The notes below the pieces were generated by a model, which did no database searches, was not told the DNA's origin, and saw only the letters and a program-made list of their open reading frames with translations. This document shows positions 47,112 to 53,417 of a DNA stretch of 53,417 nt, in pieces. The DNA is taken from positions 1-53,417 of the forward strand of contig CAYWAT010000004.1 of NCBI GenBank assembly GCA_964456305.1. The letters run 5' to 3'. Source of the stretch: an uncultured Polyangiales bacterium (lineage in GTDB: Bacteria > Myxococcota_A > Polyangia > Polyangiales > CAYWAT01). Numbering within the stretch: position 1 is the stretch's first letter; every line of letters begins with the position of its first letter. The position numbers and the translations under genes are program-made.

Positions 47112-48238
47112 GCGACGTAGATAGCGCCTCTAGAAACATCGGGCGGCCGTCTGAGGCTAGGGGAACGGTGGTTGCCTGTCAGGCCAACTTTTATCGCGTA
47201 CAGGTGCCCCTAGCTGCTGGGCAGACGTCTGTCTACTTTCTCTGCACCCGGCGGGCGCTGTTAAAAAAAATGGGACAGCAAATCGTCGTAGGGGACCAGG
47301 TACAGCTAGAAGAGCTAGACTGGCAGAGCCAGCGCGGTGCGATCGCAGCCTGCTATCCCCGGCGCAATCTGCTCGATCGTCCTCCGATCTCCAACGTCGA
47401 TCAAATTTTGCTGGTGTTTGCCCTAGCTGAGCCTGCCCTCGATCCGATGCAGCTCAGCCGGTTTTTAGTCAAAGCAGAGTCCACCGGTATTCCGGTCTCC
47501 CTATGTCTCAATAAGCGAGATCTGCTCTCTGACCAGCAGATTGCTGATTGGAAAACCCGGCTCAACGGGTGGGGCTACAGCCCTGTCGTTCTCAGCATTC
47601 AGCAGGATCGGCAGCTGCCAGCGGCACTGCTAGAGCAGCTGCAGGGACGTATCAGCGTTGTGGCAGGTCCTTCGGGGGTGGGCAAATCTAGCCTGCTCAA
47701 TCGGCTAGTGCCCCACGTTGAAGCTCGCACCAATCAGGTCTCCGGTAAGCTCGGGCGCGGCCGCCACACCACCCGCCATGTTGAGCTATTCGAGCTGCCC
47801 GGCGGCGGTCTGCTGGCCGATACCCCCGGCTTTAACCAGCCGGATGTGACCTGCTCTGTGGAAGCTCTCAAGGACTGCTTTCCTGAGATTCGTCAGGGCC
47901 ACAGCCGCTGCCAGTTTAAGGACTGCTCCCACCGAGGGGAGCCTGGCTGCGCCGTGGGAACCCACTGGGAGCGCTATGACCACTACTGCCTATTTCTAGA
48001 GGATGTCCTGCGCCATCAGGAAACGATTAGCCAGCGTCCTGATGCTGATGCCGCTGCCAAGATCAAAATCGGCAGCGACGGTCAGGTGCAGCACGAGCCG
48101 AAGCTAGAGGCGAAAAAGTATCGTCGCGTTTCGCGCCGCCAGCGTCACCAGGATCTGCAGGACATGTGTGCCGATCTGACAGCAATCGATTCTATCGACG
48201 ATTTGGATGATGCCGCCCTGGAAGAATACGGCTTTTAG
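47108..48238 (+). CDS. rsgA: Small ribosomal subunit biogenesis GTPase RsgA
   Basis: Circularly permuted G motifs NKRD, GPSGVGKSS, GRHTT, DTPG; Zn finger 'CQFKDCSHRGEPGC'. Confidence 0.95.
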   Translation: MSDVDSASRNIGRPSEARGTVVACQANFYRVQVPLAAGQTSVYFLCTRRALLKKMGQQIVVGDQVQLEELDWQSQRGAIAACYPRRNLLDRPPISNVDQILLVFALAEPALDPMQLSRFLVKAESTGIPVSLCLNKRDLLSDQQIADWKTRLNGWGYSPVVLSIQQDRQLPAALLEQLQGRISVVAGPSGVGKSSLLNRLVPHVEARTNQVSGKLGRGRHTTRHVELFELPGGGLLADTPGFNQPDVTCSVEALKDCFPEIRQGHSRCQFKDCSHRGEPGCAVGTHWERYDHYCLFLEDVLRHQETISQRPDADAAAKIKIGSDGQVQHEPKLEAKKYRRVSRRQRHQDLQDMCADLTAIDSIDDLDDAALEEYGF

Positions 48239-48963
48239 GGCGGGTCTATATCTTTGTCTGTGTCGCTACCGGCAGCGGCCCAGAACTGGGCCTCTAGCTG
48301 TGGCCAGCCCCGGTGGGAAAGCCGGTACCACTGAGCCCTCAGCAGGGCCTTCTCAGGGTCAGACAGCTGCCAGGCAATGTCGGAGCTACGCAGACGATGG
48401 CATAGGGGCTGCAGCCCCAGGGCAGTGCAGACTGACACATTGAAACTCTCGCTAAACCCATACATCGGCAGCCTGACCTGCAGATCTGCCTGAGCTAGAG
48501 CCTCCGTAGACAGTCCCTCTAGCTCATTGCCGAAGAGCAGTGCTATGGGGCTATCTAGGGATAGCTCGTGGAGACTGTGGGAGGCATTGGGGGCAGTGGC
48601 CACCAGGCGGTAGCCTGCGTCTCGAAGCCGCGAGAGGCAGGTGAGTGTATTACCTCTCTGACGACTGTAGCGGTGGAGACTGAGCCACTGGTGACAGCCC
48701 CGGGTGACCTTGGGTGTAGTCTTAAACCCGGTGGTATTTTCAATAATGTGGACATCTTGAATACCAAAGCTGTCGCAGTTGCGTAGGACTGCTCCGGCAT
48801 TGTGGGGACGATGGAGGTCTTCGAGCACCACGGTCAGGTAGCGGGTACGCTGGGTCAGTACTGCCTCGATGCGCTGGCGACGCTCGGCGGTCAGAAACTG
48901 CCCCAGGTAGTCGGTCAGCTTTCTGTGCTGGCCATAGTCTAGGGCCTCGAGGGCAGCTTCCAT
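48235..48963 (-). CDS. trmH: TrmH/SpoU-family tRNA (Gm18) 2'-O-methyltransferase
   Basis: 'LEDLHRPHNAGAVLRNCD', 'LFGNELEG', 'PMYGFSESFNVSV'. Confidence 0.85.
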   Translation of the reverse strand: MEAALEALDYGQHRKLTDYLGQFLTAERRQRIEAVLTQRTRYLTVVLEDLHRPHNAGAVLRNCDSFGIQDVHIIENTTGFKTTPKVTRGCHQWLSLHRYSRQRGNTLTCLSRLRDAGYRLVATAPNASHSLHELSLDSPIALLFGNELEGLSTEALAQADLQVRLPMYGFSESFNVSVCTALGLQPLCHRLRSSDIAWQLSDPEKALLRAQWYRLSHRGWPQLEAQFWAAAGSDTDKDIDPP

Positions 48964-48968
48964 AGCAC

Positions 48969-50414
48969 CTAGCGATGCCAGTCAGTAACGCCGCCGGGTT
49001 TGTCAATCAGAGTAATACCCTGGGCGCTGAGGCGATCGCGAATTTCATCGGCCAGGGCAAAGTTTTTCTCTTTTTTCGCCTGGCGACGCTGTGCAACGAG
49101 GGCTGTGACTTCCTCATCGCTGGGGCCAGCGGCCTCTTCAGCGGCTTCGGCAGTTGCTTCAATCCCAAGCACTCCCGACAGCTCCACGAGGGTCTGCCAC
49201 TGCTGCTGTAGCTCATTGCTAGGGGCAGTAGTCTTACCCTCGTGGACTAAAAGATTGCCCTGGCGGCGCAGCTCCTTGGCTAGCTCAAACAGGACGGCAA
49301 CGGCCTCGGGGGTATTGAAGTCATCGTCCATAGCGGTCTGAAATCTCTGGACCGGCTCGCTATCGCGATCGACCGCGTCGCCATCGATTGCGCTCCATCC
49401 CAGGGCTTCGCCGTGGACGCTGCCAAACAGCAGGCCCTCTCGCAGGGTCTGCCAGCTTTGGGTCGCCGATGCGATCGCATCGGCAGTAAAGTCCACTGGC
49501 TTGCGGTACTGGGCCTGACAGAGAAACAGACGCAGGGCCATGGGATGCAGACCGTCTTTTGAATCCAGCAGCTGGCGAATGGTGGTGAAGTTACCCAGGG
49601 ACTTGGACATCTTCTCCCCATTGACGTTTACCATGCCATTGTGCATCCAGTAGCGGGATAGGGGCTCACCCGTGGCCGCTTCCGACTGGGCAATTTCGTT
49701 TTCATGGTGGGGAAAGGTGAGATCGCCGCCTCCCATATGAATATCAATGGTGTTGCCCAGCTGCTCTCTGACCATGGCCGAGCATTCAATGTGCCAACCG
49801 GGCCGACCAGGCCCCCAGGGAGACTCCCAGGAGGGCTCGTCAGGTTTCGCCCCTTTCCACAGGGCAAAGTCAAAGGGATCCTGCTTCACCTGCTGGCCAC
49901 CAACTCGACCGCTGGCCCCGGCCTGCATGTCTTCTAGCTTGCGTCCTGAGAGTTTGCCATAGCCGTCAAACCGCCGCACCCGGTAGTAGACATCTCCGGC
50001 TGCGGCGTAGGCATAGCCCTTTTGCTCTAGTTCGCTAATCAGCCGCTGGATGCCATTAATGGTGTGGGTAGCGTAGGTGTAGGCGTCTGCCTCAGCAATG
50101 TTCAAGCGGGCCATATCCTCGAAGTAGGCCTCGGTATATTGCTTGGCAATCGCCTCCATGGAGGTGCCTTCTTTGCGAGCCCGGTTGAGAATTTTGTCGT
50201 CAATGTCCGTAAAATTTTGGACATACCGCACGTCATAGCCCCGCCACTGCAGATAGCGCCGCACCGTATCCCACACGATGTAGCAGCGGGCGTGGCCCAA
50301 ATGGCAGTAGTCATACACCGTAACCCCGCAGCAGTAGATCTTGACAGCGCCGGGGCTCAAGGGCTCAAAGGGCTCTTTACGGCGGGACAGAGTGTTATAG
50401 ATAACGACGCTCAT
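48969..50414 (-). CDS. cysS: Cysteine--tRNA ligase
   Basis: 'CGVTVYDYCHLGHAR', 'GRPGWHIEC', 'FPHHENE', KMSKS. Confidence 0.97.
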   Translation of the reverse strand: MSVVIYNTLSRRKEPFEPLSPGAVKIYCCGVTVYDYCHLGHARCYIVWDTVRRYLQWRGYDVRYVQNFTDIDDKILNRARKEGTSMEAIAKQYTEAYFEDMARLNIAEADAYTYATHTINGIQRLISELEQKGYAYAAAGDVYYRVRRFDGYGKLSGRKLEDMQAGASGRVGGQQVKQDPFDFALWKGAKPDEPSWESPWGPGRPGWHIECSAMVREQLGNTIDIHMGGGDLTFPHHENEIAQSEAATGEPLSRYWMHNGMVNVNGEKMSKSLGNFTTIRQLLDSKDGLHPMALRLFLCQAQYRKPVDFTADAIASATQSWQTLREGLLFGSVHGEALGWSAIDGDAVDRDSEPVQRFQTAMDDDFNTPEAVAVLFELAKELRRQGNLLVHEGKTTAPSNELQQQWQTLVELSGVLGIEATAEAAEEAAGPSDEEVTALVAQRRQAKKEKNFALADEIRDRLSAQGITLIDKPGGVTDWHR

Positions 50415-50470
50415 GGCGGCAGTTAGGAAAATTGGCAGTCTTTATCGTAAGCTGCGGTGCTCACCCCGGC

Positions 50471-50499
50471 AAAAAAAAAGAAGGCCGGAGCCTTCTTTT
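50471..50499 (-). terminator. Rho-independent terminator of petCA
   Basis: The minus strand reads AAAAGAAGGC-TCCG-GCCTTC-TTTTTTTTT just past the petA stop. Confidence 0.8.
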
Positions 50500-50525
50500 C
50501 TATCTATAGAGTTTTCTGGTTTCCT

Positions 50526-51494
50526 CTAGAAGGTAACGTTGGCGGCTTGAACCGTCTCTACCTGCTTCTTCTTAAGGACCAGCATAATTTGGGTAAGGGT
50601 AGCTGCGCCCAGGAAGGCTAGTAGTCCCTTAATCCGGTTGGGGCTCTGTAGAACGATTTCAGTGTCGTGCTGACCAAAGCCGCCAACGTTGGGATCGTTG
50701 GTGAGAGCACTACCAGCGGTAACAGTGTCTCCCTCAGCCACGATTAGCTCAGGGCCGGGCTGCAGGGTCTCAGTTACGGTCTTACCGTCTTCGGCTTCGA
50801 TGGTGACGGTGGTCTGGTAGTCGCCTTTATCGATGGCGGTAATAGTACCTGCCTTGGAGGCGGTGTACTTCACGTTGTTTGTGGCCTGACCGGTGGGATA
50901 CACCTGACCACGGCCGCGGTTTCCACCGACGTGGATCTGATATTTCCCGAAGCTGATGTTCTTATCAGTAGCCGGGTCGGGAGACAGAATTGGAAAGACG
51001 ATTTCCTGATACTGTTCACCGGGTACGGGACCCACTAGCAGAATGTTGTCCTGCTCTTCGCTGTAGGGAAGGAAGTAGGTACTGCCCACCTCTTCTTTTA
51101 GCTCTTCGGAGATACGATCTTCAGGAGCTAGCTTGAAGCCTTCGGGCAGCATCAGCACTGCGCCTACGTTCAGGCCTCCTTTGCTCCCGTCGCCTAGCAC
51201 CTGCTGGGCATCTAGGTCGTAGGGTACTTTGACTACCGCCTTAAATACGGTGTCGGGCAGTACCGCCTGGGGCACTTCAATCTCAGTCTTTTTCTGACCT
51301 AGGTGGCAGTTGGCACAGACAATCCGACCGGTGGCTTCCCGAGGAGTTTCGTAGTTCTCCTGGGCCCAGAAAGGGTAGGCCGCTGCGGACTGGGCATTGG
51401 TCAGTACCAGGCTGATGGTCGCGATCGCAACGACGCAGCCGACGACAGCCGTTTTCAGCAGTCTATTCAAAATACTCAGCAAATCAAATTTCAT
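50526..51494 (-). CDS. petA: Apocytochrome f
   Basis: Mature N-term 'YPFWAQ', heme motif CANCH, 'GGNRGRGQ', C-term TM and 'LKKKQ'. Confidence 0.98.
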   Translation of the reverse strand: MKFDLLSILNRLLKTAVVGCVVAIATISLVLTNAQSAAAYPFWAQENYETPREATGRIVCANCHLGQKKTEIEVPQAVLPDTVFKAVVKVPYDLDAQQVLGDGSKGGLNVGAVLMLPEGFKLAPEDRISEELKEEVGSTYFLPYSEEQDNILLVGPVPGEQYQEIVFPILSPDPATDKNISFGKYQIHVGGNRGRGQVYPTGQATNNVKYTASKAGTITAIDKGDYQTTVTIEAEDGKTVTETLQPGPELIVAEGDTVTAGSALTNDPNVGGFGQHDTEIVLQSPNRIKGLLAFLGAATLTQIMLVLKKKQVETVQAANVTF

Positions 51495-51548
51495 CCGTCA
51501 CACGCCAGCAATTCAACAGAAAACGTACAGAGAGGCTGTTGGCCTAGG

Positions 51549-52091
51549 CTAGCTCCACCAGGGAGCTTCCCCGGTTCTAAAGTCTGTTTCAGTCCAGGGA
51601 GTTAGCGACACCTTATCGTCTTCGCCAACTTCCACGTGGGCCAGGGCCAGGGAGAGGGGAGCCGGGCCGCGCACCACTTTACCCGTTGCATCGTATTGAG
51701 AACCGTGGCAGGGGCACATGAACTTGTCTTCGCCAGAGTTCCAGGGAACTACGCAGCCTAGGTGTGTGCAGACAGCATTGATGCCATAGTCACCGACGGA
51801 CCCGTCCTCGGTCACCACCAGGTAAGTTGGGTCACCCTTAAGACCCTGTACCAGGGAGCGGTCGCCAGGATCGTGAGTAGCTACGTAGCTGGTCGCCACA
51901 ACGTCGTTACCCAGCTCGTCTTTAGCACTCACTCCGCCGCCAGCAGCGCCGCTGCTCGGAGGTAAAAAGTACTTGACGATAGGGTAAAGCGCTCCTACGG
52001 CCGTACCGGTGGCTGCTCCAAACGTGAGCAGGTTCATAAATTGGCGACGCCCTAAATCGGGAACGTCAGGGTTTCCAGAAGCTTGAGCCAT
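51549..52091 (-). CDS. petC: Cytochrome b6f Rieske iron-sulfur subunit
   Basis: Tat motif 'GRRQFMN', CTHLGC and CPCHGS boxes. Confidence 0.98.
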   Translation of the reverse strand: MAQASGNPDVPDLGRRQFMNLLTFGAATGTAVGALYPIVKYFLPPSSGAAGGGVSAKDELGNDVVATSYVATHDPGDRSLVQGLKGDPTYLVVTEDGSVGDYGINAVCTHLGCVVPWNSGEDKFMCPCHGSQYDATGKVVRGPAPLSLALAHVEVGEDDKVSLTPWTETDFRTGEAPWWS

Positions 52092-52486
52092 AACTACCAG
52101 ACTATATATGCGATATGAATTTAACAGGGTGCACTGCCCCAGAACAAAACCGCTGTAACGGACAGCCGGTGAACCACTGCACCTCTGATTGTCACAGAAG
52201 TTTTCAAATTCCTAAGAGCATTATTACATCTGCCGCCTCACCTACGCGGCGATTCCCTGGCATGACTTTGGTTTAGGCGCTATCTTGTGTGTCCGCAGGC
52301 GGCGGTATCTGGGAATTTTGGGTTGCGATCGCGGCCGCTGAAATAGTCTGATTGAAGGGGATTCTGGTGATATTTGGCTTTTCAGCATGCCAGCGTGAGC
52401 GCTCTGGCTACGCTACTGTCAGACTAGATAATAGAAGCTAGCGCTCAAGCCGGTAAGTAAACAAATGTAAACTCATTGACGTATCC

Positions 52487-52795
52487 ATGACCCCTGAGAC
52501 TTTTCAACAGCTGCTGATCGACAAATGGGGATACTCCTTCGATGTGCAAATCCGCAAACTACCGAATAAGGTTTTTTTCCAGGTGATGTGGCGCTACCTG
52601 GAGCAGGCTTCTTTTCCCATGACCGAAGAAGAGTATCTCAGCCACCTCAATGATGTCATGACCTACCTGGACGCCATGGGAAGCCTGAGCCAGGTGGTGA
52701 AGGCAATTCAGTCCACAAAGGAACGACCCCGCTTGGGTAAGGCTGTCAGTATTCCGCTTGAGCTAGGGGAACGCGCTACCGAATGGATGCTGTAG
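52487..52795 (+). CDS. DUF3067 family protein
   Basis: 'KWGYSFDVQ...QVMWRYLEQASFP...RPRLGKAVSIPL...EW'; divergent from petC. Confidence 0.88.
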   Translation: MTPETFQQLLIDKWGYSFDVQIRKLPNKVFFQVMWRYLEQASFPMTEEEYLSHLNDVMTYLDAMGSLSQVVKAIQSTKERPRLGKAVSIPLELGERATEWML

Positions 52796-53417
52796 CCCCT
52801 CACCGTACCTGGGACAGGCGTCGCCTTTTCCTTGATGGCCTTTTGGCCCACGGGCGTGGTCGGCATCGGCCCGTGCAGCGCTTCTAACTTTTCTGATAAT
52901 ATCTCAGTGGCCAAGATGTGTTCTAGAGCACCTGAAGGTGTCCAAGCATCTAGCTAGGTTGCTCTGGTAAAAAGTCATCACTTCTTGATACCTTTCCGCA
53001 TCGCGATCGGCGACTGTGGTGATAAATCATTTAAATATCTAAATTTAATTAAGAAACTAATTAAGAAAACAGTAGCTAGCAATTAGCAGACTGACACAGT
53101 TCTAAAAGAAGGTGTTGCGTCTAAAATTTGTTCGGCTGGCGGCATTCTGAATGTTTTTATTGATGCATCGACAGACGACTAGAGCAGCCTTCTGTGGCTG
53201 GGGTGCTGAACTTAGAAAATCTTGAACAGTCAGTAGCTCTGGTCAATTATCTTTGTTAACTAAAGCCGATTAAGACTAGTTTTACCGCTGTCTCTTATCG
53301 AGCAGCGGATCGTAGATCCCAGGCCCGTTAACTTTATTTGTTGACGACATTGAAATACGATCGATTTCGGGTCCGATGCTACGATTTGCTTGAACACGCT
53401 CAGTATGCTTCCGAGGG

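Larger units (their letters stand above)
2533..52332. repeat. Dispersed HIP1 octamers (GCGATCGC)
   Basis: At least 23 copies seen, starting at 2533, 2560, 6562, 6682, 7036, 9742, 11482, 12708, 14601, 15804, 18188, 20504, 22492, 23905, 24896, 33632, 37337, 43447, 47339, 49032, 49471, 51421 and 52325. Confidence 0.9.

Noticed and set aside
37482-48238. pilB-pilT-pilC back-to-back with grpE-dnaK-dnaJ-tusA-rsgA, and the Cys4 tail of PilB
   Set aside because: This is well-known conserved cyanobacterial synteny and a known PilB1 feature, so it is not novel.
51922-51930. TTAGCACTC, the left arm of a CIRCE element
   Set aside because: It lies inside petC, lacks the right arm GAGTGCTAA, and is far from the chaperone genes.
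1471-51965. Numerous 60-176 aa ORFs nested in or antisense to the called genes
   Set aside because: These are expected shadow ORFs in GC-rich coding DNA, and none shows a protein-family motif.
52708-52914. 68-aa minus-strand ORF overlapping the DUF3067 3' end (possible pseudogene remnant)
   Set aside because: TTG start, 88-bp overlap with a real gene and no recognisable family. It cannot be supported without a homology search.

Overview
Chromosomal segment of a cyanobacterium, probably a filamentous, moderately GC-rich Leptolyngbya/Nodosilinea-like strain. Evidence: petCA, long-form thiE, a PatA-type regulator, phycobiliprotein-fold genes and at least 23 HIP1 GCGATCGC octamers. About 48 protein genes can be supported. 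I see no rRNA, tRNA, CRISPR array or mobile element. The right third is conserved core: pilB-pilT-pilC divergent from grpE-dnaK-dnaJ-tusA-rsgA, then trmH, cysS, petCA and DUF3067. The left two thirds are a mosaic of accessory genes. The best candidate for an undescribed system is a compact trio at 12639-15647: a GH3 acyl-acid amido synthetase, a di-iron fatty-acid hydroxylase and an AspH/LpxO-type 2OG dioxygenase. Together these could make a hydroxylated N-acyl-amino-acid or aminolipid. Second is a reduced slr0144-slr0152 (Pap)-like operon at 25206-29684: two phycobiliprotein-fold proteins lacking the bilin Cys, two V4R proteins and an SpkG-like kinase, without the ferredoxins or TPR gene. Other oddities: a PatA with a non-phosphorylatable receiver, an orphan Nif11-like protein, an inverse autotransporter with a beta-helix passenger, short tandem duplications on convergent stop codons, and TAG as the stop codon in 35 of 48 genes. 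All family assignments come from motif recognition by eye, not database searches.
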